NCBI GenBank assembly: GCA_903813345.2
Contig: CAIIXF020000001.1
Location: forward strand, 26,660,001-26,724,000
Direction: 5' to 3'
Origin: Owenia fusiformis
Taxonomy: Eukaryota
DNA length: 64,000 bases
Below are positions 53,801-64,000 of this stretch, in pieces. Numbering within the stretch: the stretch's first letter is position 1; each line of letters starts with the position of its first letter. The notes beneath the pieces are model-generated. The model was given only the letters and a program-made list of their open reading frames with translations, was not told the DNA's origin and searched no databases. The position numbers and the translations under genes were made by a program.

Positions 53801-56800
53801 CTCAAAAATTACAGATATTAAATTATATTAACTGCATTATTCTTTGGCCATAGCAAAGGATCTGCCTTCAAGCTATGGAATGTGTTCAAGGAAGTTACTC
53901 CAGCTTTTCTACAAAAGAGTGGCACAAATGCTTACAACAAACCTGGTTTTGTAAATTAGGACCATTCAGTCCCTAGACTGTTTTACTGTTCTATTATATG
54001 ATCGAACCAGCAACCAGATAGATATCATACAGCACGAAGGCTAATATTTTGTGACGGCCATACAGTCATTGACAGAATACCACCAACAAAAGGAAGCCTT
54101 GCTCAGAAAATCTTAAGAACTTGCTAACCAAGGTGGTATTGTTTGGGGGCAACTGTACAATCTCCATCTAAAATTGGTATAGGAGTTAACAACATGGGGC
54201 TGGAAGTATGACATGTCTCTACTGGTGCCACTATTGACATCCCTTCCTCAAGCAGCCAAGGCATGCCAAGCATTGGTCAAGTATGGGTGCAAGGTGAAAT
54301 GTGGTCCTGGGTGCTAACATTTCAAAAATGGATAAGTATCCACTGCTATGTGCAAATGCCATGGTCAATGCAAGTCATTAGACAAAAAAAGTAGCAGACA
54401 TAAAATTGAGCCTTGTGGGACTCCAGTTTTCATACAAAAATGATCCAGTGACTTTAACTGCATATGAACATCTAATAGGTACTATCATTAGTCATGTTTG
54501 ATCAGTATACAACTATTTTGACTTATTAAATTACAACTTTAGTCACTTTTTCTGATTTTTCAATACATCGTGGCTGCCATCTTGAATTTTTGGTGAAAAA
54601 GTCAATGGATTGCTTGGTGCCACTTCAGGTTTTCAAAAGAATGGTATGAAGTTTTGAAATCCACCTTCAAATTGCTTCTATATATTTTTGAAATATTTTC
54701 ACCTAAATATTCCTGACTATAATGACATATCTGGTAGATGGCAATGGGCTGGAGGACCTTGTTTTGACACAACATCAATGAGATATACTCATTGGGGCCA
54801 TGGGCAACCTGATAATTCCAAAGGAAGAGAACACTGTATACACCTTTACAGTCCATTTTCTTTGAAGATGAATGACGTTGCATGTTATTCTAAATACAAC
54901 TTCATTTGTGAGATAAATCTCAAGTAACACTACTAAAGATGAATGGCTATAGATGATAAGCATGCAACAACATTAGAAATAACCTGTAATAAAAAATGAA
55001 AGATGAGTAAAACAAGAAAAAAACGCATCATAGATCAGCTTGACAGTATTCACATGGGATGAGCACATAAATCTTCAATTAAATTACTATATATTGTGTT
55101 TTCAAATAAAAAATTAACTAATAAAAATAAATTCATGTCTATCTTGTATAACATTCATGTCATTCCCCCATAGTTGCCACTGGAGTATATCACATATAAG
55201 CTATCAAACATTCATTCCTTAGAATTGAAAACTTAAGATTCCTGCCAATTTGGAGTGGTGGCTATTTTAAATGAATATTTTTTCCTACTTACCATAATTC
55301 ATCTTTCAACCAAATATGAGTTATGCACGAGATGGACCAAACAGACAGACTGCTTCAATATATCCAATCTAAACTTCATTGAATGAGCTTTCATATGATA
55401 TATTACTTAGGGGGGTAAACCTATCTAAGACTGGAGGCAGATGAGGGACGCTCATTATGAAACACCCTGTGGGCATGTATATTAATAAGCTGTGTCCTGT
55501 CAATTTACACCTCAGACAACAAGGCAATAAATGGCCAATCTGTACATATTACAGATTGGAACGGAGAAACTTCATTATCAATTTATAGATTAGGCTGTTA
55601 TATCGCCCTCAATATAAGAGAAGCAAATTTAATTTTTAAATGAGCAATTTTTCTCAATTTTCATATTCCCAATATAACAAAAGAACGTACTCTATACCCT
55701 CTGATTGTATAAACTACATGTCATTGTGAATCAAAAGTATTTCAAGGATCTCCAGGATGCAAATAACAGCTATTAGCACTTCAAGACAACATCATACACT
55801 AAAGCATATTACCTTGACACCTGCATGAAATACTGCACTGTTATGTATGACCCATGCATGCTTTTTTAGATTCAATGCTGAAGTAGGTAGGGGCAATCTC
55901 TCAGGACTGTATCCTAGCACCCCTATCATTATTGAGTCGGTCCAATTTGTTGCTAGTTTCTCTATTGTAACCTTTAATGAATAATGAATTACTAATATGT
56001 TTATGATAAAATATAATATTAAATACTTCCTTTGTTTTTTTGTTTGTGTATCTAATTTGATTTTGAAAGATGTCTCTGCAAATGGCAGTGAAGTGAACTT
56101 TAATATGACATTTCTGAAAAGTATAGATTTTATTTTCAAACATGAATAAAATGTTTATATAAAAAAGTCTCCAAATGAACTCACTAGCTTTTATTGCCTT
56201 TATGAACATGATATAAGTTTCATACAACAATAATATACTAAAAATTGTACTTTAAAAATCTTACTTGAAATAAATGTTTCCTTGGCAATGGTTTATGAGT
56301 AAGTACAATTCCTTGATTATAACTATCTGTCCTATGTGCAGTGATCCCATGCCCAGTTAGTTCTATGTTCTTGCCATGGTTTGATGCAAATGATAACTTC
56401 TGACTCTCTGCAACATCCTCATCTTTGTCCCCATCATCCTGAAGGTGAACAAACATTTAATCATAAGCACTAAGCAGTGGTTTCTCTGCCTTTAGGAAAA
56501 TGGGTGCTTTGCTGACATTAGATTTTGAAAATTGACCAGCATCAACTTGAAAACTTTAATTCATGTACACATTTGAAAATGAGAAAAATCAGCTTATTTT
56601 TACCAATTTTGGTCAGAGTTGTGATTATTGTAATTATTCAAGATATTTGGACCTGTCCCAGCCCAAAACAACCTGACCTGTTTCTGACCCACTTCTTACA
56701 GGCAGTAAGAATTTATATGGTCAGAGTACAAGTTATGCTTACCAAAGATGGGTGGGTAGAGAGGAGAGCATGTGAAGAAGGATGTCGCTCTACTTCTCTC

Positions 56801-59800
56801 CTCAAAGTCTTACTGCACACACTGACTGTTTCTACACTACCATAGAGATCTATTACTGCAAATGTATTCTGAAATAATAATACAAATGTGTTAAACAATG
56901 GAGTGGCTCATTAATGGTAGGGCTGACTACCATGGTGTTGACAGACAGTACATTACAACATTTTAACAACATTCTTTGAGTGTTAGGTGGAGGAGTATAA
57001 CAGAGGCCTTGTCATGCTTCTCGGTGCGTGAATTTATTAATCTAAAAAAATGTGTTTTACGACTGAAAATCACATGACATCTAAATGATTCCATTCATAT
57101 TCGTGTCTCAATGTTACCTTTCATAGGTATTGATTTACCTTTGGCACATTAGTGGCGGCCACCCCCATATCTTCCCCATTGATCAACACGTGCATACAGC
57201 CATCATTACTCCACCTGATGCCTACGCGATTACCACGCTGAAAACAACAAACTTTCTTATTATACACTCACAAAATGTAACATATTACAACAATTCACCT
57301 ATATATGCTTTCATTCCACAATTTTAATTATCTTTATTTGAATTAATTATAAAAAATGGATAATAAGTTGAATCAGTCAGCACAGTCTATCCTATCCCAT
57401 AGTTCATACCTTGAGCATCATTAAGATTGCTGAAATCACTTAAAATGTACTCATTTTTTAAACATAGAGAGCTTGCTTGCCAATATTTGTAAAAATCCTG
57501 ATTGAATACTGAATTTAGGTCACTTGAACAAGAACCTGGCAATCAGAGAATGCACATTTAATGAGAATGCACATTAAATGAGAATGCACATTAAATGAGG
57601 TAATCTAACATTGTTGAAGTTTAACATGGAATTTTACAAATATGACTAGACTTCATGATTTATAGGTACAAAGGATCTGTGCTGACTGTGAATTGAGTGT
57701 CGAGTGAAAAAATTGCATATAATTTTTTAAGCTCTAAATACACTATACAATATTACCTCCAATCTTTCTAGTGATGGAGCATAGTTTTCCTTCAAGACAA
57801 CTCCATTCTTCTTGACAGTAGAGCCAGATACCAGCCAAGTTGACTTGGTTTGGAGGCCACTAGCAGAGGCTGGGAGTAGGGAATTGGTACTGTCTGTCAA
57901 CACCATGGTAGTCAGCCCTACCATCAATGAGCCACTCCATTGTTTAACACACTCATCTATATGCACCTGAAATATTGGATTTAGTAAATTCTATATTGGT
58001 GATGTTTCAGCAATCCTAATACTTGCAGCAATAAAGGGGAAAGTTTACTTGTAGTTGATTATACATGGGGGTATATTGCATGTATTGAAAACAAGGCATT
58101 AACATGCAAAATGTCACCAACCATCATTTGTTACAGATGCTGAACACAGAATACCATCCACAAAAAAGTTGGAGGCTATAACAATATGTCACCATTCTAT
58201 TAGTGACATGAAAATGAACAAGTTTATGAATACAAAAAGGCTCATTTAATACTTGCAAGTTCTACGAAATAATAATAAATGTATGAGAAGAATGCAACGA
58301 ATCTTTATCATTATTAAAATGAAGCGTTTAGATTCGACAAAATGACATAAACCAATGATTTGTGTAAAAAGTATTTTAATTTCTCACCTCAAATATTTCA
58401 TCAGATCTAAGGGGGTCACAACTAAAGAGTATTCCATGGTTAAAGTTGCGGCCCCTGGTTGCTACGCAATTGTTATTCTTTAATGTAATATTCTTTCCAC
58501 AGCACTGAGAGAACTTATGGCTCACCTAGGGAAAATAAAGTTTTCAAAGTAATTTCTAGTGTACACTGTAGTTACATATTATGCATATACATCTACATCT
58601 GTTTCACATCAATGCATCATGAATAACACTCACGTTAATGTAGTTAAATATTATGTATATAAATCTGTTTCACATCAATGCATCATGAGTAACACACACA
58701 TTAATGTCGTTAAATATTATGTATATAAATCTGTTTCATATCAATGTATCATGAATAACACACACGTTATTGTAGTAAATATTATGTATATAAATCAGTT
58801 TCACATCAATGCATCATGAATAACACACACGTTAATATAGTTAAATATTATGAATATAAATCTGTTTCACATCAATGCATCATGAGTAACACACATTTAA
58901 TGAAGTTTTATATTACCAGTTGTTAACTTACCTCAGTGGCAACTGTGCAAGAATTAGAATACAAACTGTTCACCTCTTCTTTGACTAGATTGTTTTCAGT
59001 TTGAACCCCAGACCCCTGAGTTATGGTCACCTGGGCACACTGACCATACAGGTCAATAACAGCAAACATGCCTACAAAAACATACATTTCAGTATATTTT
59101 TATTATTATTTATTTCATATATGTAATAGATACAATGTTTCAGAGTTTTGTGTGTTTATTTGTTTAGATTATGCATTGAAAAGCACATCATCAAAGTCTA
59201 TTTTCCTGACAAAGTGATATTAATGTACTAATAATGTACTAATAAATGAGTACACTCCTATTATTAGTACATTTATTAGTTCTTAATATTTTTATTGCTG
59301 TTTCAACCAACTTTTTGAACATCCTACCTGGTTACAAAAGTAACAATTTTTAACAGATTTAAAATGGAAAACACAAACACCAAATGTGCTTCATAAAAAC
59401 AGTGACTGTAACAACATTTCACACTGTAACAATATGTCACAACTACTTGGTGGTAATATAGAAACCATACTAGGTTTTTAAATAACCCTGTATTGTCTAA
59501 AATGTATCAATATGATATAAATGTGATGACAAAATACAAGGTAAAGTGCATTACCTGCTGGTATATCAGAGCATGCTACACCATGTTCCTGGCCATCTAC
59601 AAAGAAATGTAATGAGGCATCATCCTTTCTCATCATTCCTATCCTTGAGCCTGTAGTGAGGCCATCTAGATCTACTGTATAACCATTACGTATTGTGGAC
59701 CCATCCTGCATCACAGCTGACCCACTAAAACACATGGGAGAAACATCTTAAATATATATTTGATGGACAAGGCAGATTTTGGGAGGAGAGAATTGTGATT

Positions 59801-62800
59801 TAGGCTCAAACGGATCAAATAATTCAATGTTATCAATTTTTACAATACTCCTATTCGCGATAAGAGTTCAGGTGGTAATTTACATAAATATCTCCCATGA
59901 TGCATCACTTTGGAAGGGAAAATTTTTCATTGGCCCGCCGAACGAGTCGATTACTCTGAACGTTTCTCAGCTTCTGATCTTCCATCAGCCCTCAAGCATA
60001 GTTATATAATCCAATTTATTCAATAATCAGAAAGATAATCGGAGATTCAAAGTAACATTATTTATATTTTTCGATCTTCGATTGCGTCTGAGCAATTTCT
60101 GGGATATCAGTGACGTCACTGGAATTGGACGGCATTTTCAACTACAGATTTCTTCGGATTTGGGGATTATAGCTCAAAAAGCTTTGTCATATATCTTAAT
60201 TACATACATACCTATCGTTTGTGCAAATGAAACTCTACATAAATGTTTAATAGAGCCGCAGTGCGGCATTGAAAATAGCACCCCTATGTAATCTAATGGG
60301 AAAGAACCCGGATGTAGACGAAGTTGTACCGTACATGAGAGCTCTTCAAACGAGAGGTAGCTAAACTGAACGAAATTAAACGTTATCGCGTATTGGTATA
60401 TTACAGTAAAACCTTTGCATTGGAGCCTCTGCAAGCGGAACAACTCCAAAAGTGGAACACTTTTGAAGGTCCTGTTAAAAATACCTTTGTGTAAAATCAA
60501 CCTATGTAAGTGGAGCACCTTCCAATGAAACACTATTTTGAGGTACCAGAATTAGAGAAGTTTCATTGTATAACTGATGAGAACATTTTTGTGTGAACTT
60601 ATGGCATGGCCTGGCGCATTATACTTTATCATTTTTTCCCTAAATATAGCCTCAGCCTGTTATGACTTGAGATTCCCTAAAAATAATTGCAAAACATAAC
60701 TTACCTTAACATCCAAGTGTCAAAGTCAATGTCAGTCATAGTACTTGGGAAGTCCAAGTCCTCAGGTTTCACTAATGACAGGCCTAAAATATGAGAAATT
60801 GAAAAATTAATATGAGAAATTGAACAATTAATATGAGAAATTGAACAATTAAAAAGAAAAGATCTCAGTGCATGTTATATATTTCAACAACAAAAATACT
60901 GAAAAATGTGAATTTCCATGTACTTTAAATGACTTTATTTTGTGTGGTTTTCCTAGTTAAAGCAACCTCCTTTAAAGACAAGTTTTTTTTCCATTCAAAT
61001 TTCTCTAATCTCAATGCAGTGCACTCCTAATATGTAATGATCAACAAATACTTACCAACTTCAATTGAGCCTGACCATCGATCCACCATTTTGTCTATTC
61101 TAACTTCAAAAAGTTCATTATCTCTGAGGGGTCTATTGCTCATAACTATTGCATCATTAAATTCGCCATAAGCATTAGGTCTTACTGCTGTCTTTCCCCT
61201 GTTGACAATCTCCGCATTGTGGCCATGTAAAGAGTGAAACAACAAGTCATCCTCCCCTACTGGTCTCATCCTATCTCCATCTCGTACATCTTCTGAATGC
61301 CACAATAATGTACAATGTTAAAGAGTAGAGGTTTAAATTTACATGTTGTTTTTTGGTTTATCATATTTGTGTGAAAACATTTGACTTACTAAAAAAACCT
61401 TTTTGTAAATGCTACTCAATGGAAACCATATTCCCATAATTGCCCCCCCCCCCCATGCTTCTCTAGACTCATTTTGTTGTTACTGATATTTGTTAACACT
61501 AAAGAAAATCCAGTGTCTTCATGGAATACATAAATGAAACATAAAAGTGTTAAAACTACATACCATCCTGGTCCACTAGGGTAGCCTGAGCCACCTGTCC
61601 ATAAAGATCTAGTACTCCATACACATTAGGAGGTAGACTAGAGGCTGCAAGGCCCTGATCAACACCATTCAGCATAAAATGCAGGTCACCATTATCTTTA
61701 CGTAATGCAGCTAAAATATCCCCAACCTGAAAACAAATTGTAAAAAAAACTAGAACTTTTTGTAGATAGACTGTAGATCATTGTTATACAATGTAACTTG
61801 ATGTAGCCTGTGAAAGATAATTCACTCAGTGAAATGTCTACATATATGTGTGTAAGAGGTAGAAGTATCTCCACATTTACCTTTATTTTGTCAAGTTTAG
61901 GGCAGTATTCATCCAGTATGGTTGTTCCATTGTGCATGACTCCATTGCCAGTTAACATCCAGGTCCCGGATCTAATGTTGGTCATGGTCGAAGGGAACTC
62001 AAGGTTCAGAGGTGAGTGTGTCGTCATACCTTATATACAACAGTACACAATTAATGTTAATTATCAGAACCTTGTACAAGTGTTTTCAAATACATTTACT
62101 TGCTGATTATCTTATCAACAATTCACATAGTATGATTCATCTCAGATCTAGAATTTTCAGATTTGTAAAATGTAGAAACATTTCATGGGAGTAGGTAAAT
62201 ATTTCATGATATTCATATTTCTTTTAAGAAGCATATTACAACCAGTTGTTCACTGACCTAGTTCAACAGATCCTGCCCACTTGTCCACCATCTTGTCTAT
62301 GCGCACCTCAAATAGTTCCCCAGGCTTCAGAGGTCTGTTTGTCATCACAACTCCATTGTTAAACTCATCTTTTGCGCTGAAACATGACATCACGCATAAA
62401 ATACCAGAAAAATGAAAAAATGACAGGGTAGAGATGCCATTAGTACAAAAAGCACAATGAACATCCAACTTGATATGAACAATAATATTCTTTACAGTAT
62501 TTTGTTATCTCTAATTATGTGGCACATGATAAATACATACAACAATCAGATTACAGACATTACATTAAGACATGCAGTATAAGTTATTACTTAGTGAAAA
62601 AATCTCATATATAAATAATGCCTACTTTGGCCTTGATGCTGTTCTCTGACCATTGATGACAACAGCATGGGTGCCACACTTAGAGTGGAACTGTAACTTC
62701 TCTGTCTCAACACTCTCAGCACTGCAGTCATCTATAACAAAAAAGACATAGAAATAATATAGAAGACAAAGAAACAGCAAGGAAGACATAAGAACAACAA

Positions 62801-63626
62801 AGAAGACATAGAAACAACAAAGAAGACATAAGAACAACAAAGAGGACATAAGAACAACAAAAAAGACATAGAAACAACAAAGAAGACATAAGAATAACAA
62901 AGAAGACATAGAAACAACAAAGAAGACATAAGAACAACAAAGAAGACATAAAAACAACAAAGAGGACATAAGAACAACAAAGAAGACAAAGTAACAACAG
63001 AGAGGACATAAGAACAACAAAGAAGACATAGAAACAACAAAGAAGACATAAGAACAACAAAGAAGACATAAAAACAACAAAGAGGACATAAGAACAAGAA
63101 AGAAGACATAGAAACATCAAAGACATAGAAACAGCAAGGAAGACATTAGAACAACAAAGAAGACATAGAAACAACAAAGAGGACATAAGAACAACAAAGA
63201 AAACATAGAAACAACAAAGACATAGAAACAGCAAGGAAGACATAAGAACAACAAAGAAGACATAGAAATAATATAGAAGAAATAGAAACAGCAAGGAAGA
63301 CATAAGAACAACAAAGAAGACATAGAAACAACAAAGACATAGAAACAGCAAGGAAGACATAAGAACAACAAAGACACAGAAACAACAAAGACATAGAAAC
63401 AGCAATAAGACAGAGGAACAACAACAAAAGACATAGAAACAACAAAGACATAGAAACATCAATAAGACAGAGGAACAACAACAAAAGACATAGAAACAAT
63501 GGAGACATACGAGATGTAGATGTTTTTAACTCACTTTCTTCTTCAAGCTCTCTAAAGTCCTGCATTTGCCTCAAGAGATTGTTCACCCGCCTGTCCAACC
63601 TTTCTGGGACACTCAATGGAGGTACC
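38814..63626 (-). CDS. NEURL4: Neuralized-like protein 4, last 22 coding exons (four NHR domains plus the C-terminal ADP-ribosyltransferase-like domain); the 5' end lies beyond the window
   Basis: Exons in transcript order: 63626-63535, 62731-62626, 62376-62258, 62029-61881, 61726-61564, 61292-61056, 60783-60705, 59724-59555, 59071-58932, 58525-58388, 57966-57757, 57237-57139, 56868-56743, 56438-56265, 55971-55813, 45803-45624, 45383-45308, 44711-44610, 41989-41851, 41478-41363, 39515(or up to 39815)-39380, 39018-38814. All are GT/AG and phase-consistent. NHR motifs recur ([31 protein letters not shown]). The tail has [26 protein letters not shown] and [30 protein letters not shown], as expected for NEURL4. 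Confidence 0.93.
39476..39826. repeat. 60-bp tandem repeat (about 5.8 copies) spanning a NEURL4 splice acceptor
   Basis: Four consecutive identical 60-nt lines at 39481-39720 plus two slightly variant units. Confidence 0.97.
40001..40837 (-). mobile_element. Helentron/HINE-like non-autonomous element
   Basis: Subterminal TATCGCACTTTGAA / TTCAAAGTGCGATA inverted pair, a terminal hairpin, a (CCCG)n microsatellite and internal tandem units (CCTAATCAGATCTTGG..CTTGCATCTGTAAAAATTTCAAGTTGA). Confidence 0.6.
40880..41260 (-). mobile_element. Helentron/HINE-like element, second family, copy 1
   Basis: AACTAGACAACAGCAA..GCAAATCCCATCGAAC ... CCGAACTTCGTTCGATGGGATAATAA. Related copies at 48019 and 49881. 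Confidence 0.6.
42261..44419 (+). mobile_element. 5'-truncated L1/Tx1-clade LINE with an uninterrupted ORF2 remnant (42264-44342), antisense in a NEURL4 intron
   Basis: RT motifs [19 protein letters not shown] and YADD. C-terminal CxxC..HLLFTC zinc knuckle. AATAAA and an A-rich tail. 14-bp TSD AAATAAACTAAAAA at 42247-42260 and 44420-44433. Confidence 0.92.
48019..48457 (-). mobile_element. Helentron/HINE-like element, second family, copy 2
   Basis: Same ends and internal ACCAAATATGAACAAAAT repeats as 40880-41260. Confidence 0.6.
49881..50510 (-). mobile_element. Helentron/HINE-like element, second family, copy 3, with a 28-bp tandem GACAGACAGGTGGACAAACGTACGTATA x4
   Basis: Same left end as 40880-41260, degraded right end. 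Lies in the C-type lectin intron. Confidence 0.55.
51392..54719. mobile_element. Foldback (palindromic) non-autonomous Academ-like DNA transposon
   Basis: Termini TAGTCGGG...CCTGACTA with a TAA target-site duplication (TSD). Two inverted arms (about 51420-52850 and 52917-54700). Degenerate coding remnants of an XPG/PIN-like nuclease (IDG.., [44 protein letters not shown]) and a Cys-rich C-terminus, as in AcademX elements. Confidence 0.75.
53480..53761 (+). mobile_element. tRNA-type SINE-like insertion in the right arm of the Academ-like element
   Basis: B-box GGTTCGATTCC near 53504, GC-richer body and a (TAA)n tail at about 53748-53760. Absent from the opposite arm. Confidence 0.6.
56887..56951 (+). 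repeat. 65-bp inverted intronic copy of NEURL4 exon sequence 57887-57951
   Basis: 64 of 65 positions match the reverse complement of the exon segment. Confidence 0.95.
58595..58905. repeat. ~66-bp intronic minisatellite, about 5 copies
   Basis: ATCTGTTTCACATCAATGCATCATGAATAACACACACGTTAATGTAGTTAAATATTATGTATATAA repeated. Confidence 0.9.
60402..60570. mobile_element. Short TA-flanked MITE (TACAGTAAAACCT..., AAGTGGAACAC motifs); related decayed copy near 8220-8368
   Basis: Imperfect TIRs TACAGTAAAAC / GTTTCATTGTA and shared GTGGAACAC motifs. Confidence 0.45.
62735..63505. repeat. Low-complexity ~21-bp minisatellite filling a NEURL4 intron
   Basis: Alternating AGAAGACATAGAAACAACAA and AGAAGACATAAGAACAACAA units between exons 63535-63626 and 62626-62731. 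Confidence 0.92.
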
Positions 63627-64000
63627 CTGCAAATAATTTCCTCTTATATCATATAAATGTGCTATTTATATTTGCTCTATGACATGTTACTTTATTATTA
63701 TATGCACAACATAGGACCTTGATTCTAGAAGCACATGTGTTACTTTAAAGTAAAAATGTCAAAATAGGTTATTGCTAACCTTTAGCAATAAAATTTAGAA
63801 AAAATATCTTTCAAATGGTTAAAACAATTAATATATTTTCAACTGGATGTATGATTCTGGTTCATTTAGAGACATAAAATTATGATAGAAATAATTTCAA
63901 ATTAGTTTTTAAATGAAAGTTTGAAAAAGGGCTTGAGCCAAGGGCCGGTCCACTGGTCATTTGCCAGGTTACTTTTATGCTATGGACCAGTTCATTTTTT

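Larger units (their letters stand above)
49507..54927 (+). pseudogene. Secreted C-type lectin (QPD type, perlucin-like), nested antisense in a NEURL4 intron and interrupted by a transposon in exon 2
   Basis: Exon 1 is 49507-49807 (signal peptide, [29 protein letters not shown]). Exon 2 begins at 51385 after a pyrimidine tract and AG, and resumes at 54723-54927 after the insertion. The restored protein is 170 aa and reads [47 protein letters not shown]. Confidence 0.85.

Noticed and set aside
62728-63616. Long hydrophobic Cys/Leu/Phe-rich ORFs resembling membrane proteins
   Set aside because: They come from a low-complexity intronic minisatellite that is open in all three minus-strand frames.

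Overview
AT-rich, intron-rich animal genomic DNA (invertebrate, probably a lophotrochozoan; species not identifiable from the sequence). I can reconstruct five protein-coding loci. (1) The 3' part of an acyl-protein thioesterase (LYPLA1/2 family, + strand), in which the exon carrying the catalytic Asp and His is present as two tandem, diverged, equal-length copies (candidate mutually exclusive exons). (2) A complete six-coding-exon POP1 (RNase P/MRP subunit, - strand), whose 5.4 kb intron holds a DIRS1-like retroelement with intact inverted terminal repeats (ITRs) and internal complementary region (ICR) but decayed ORFs. (3) An intronless GPI-type folate-receptor/riboflavin-binding family gene (- strand). 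(4) The last 22 coding exons of NEURL4 (- strand), with six in-frame copies of one splice acceptor and an intronic 65-bp inverted copy of one of its own exons. (5) A secreted C-type lectin nested antisense in a NEURL4 intron, with exon 2 split by a 3.3-kb foldback Academ-like element. The rest is mobile DNA and repeats: four nested Helentron/HINE-like elements, a young 5'-truncated L1/Tx1-like LINE, a Penelope-like fragment, two tRNA-type SINE-like elements, several MITEs and minisatellites. All exon boundaries were read by eye from GT/AG sites and reading-frame continuity. There is no transcript or database evidence.
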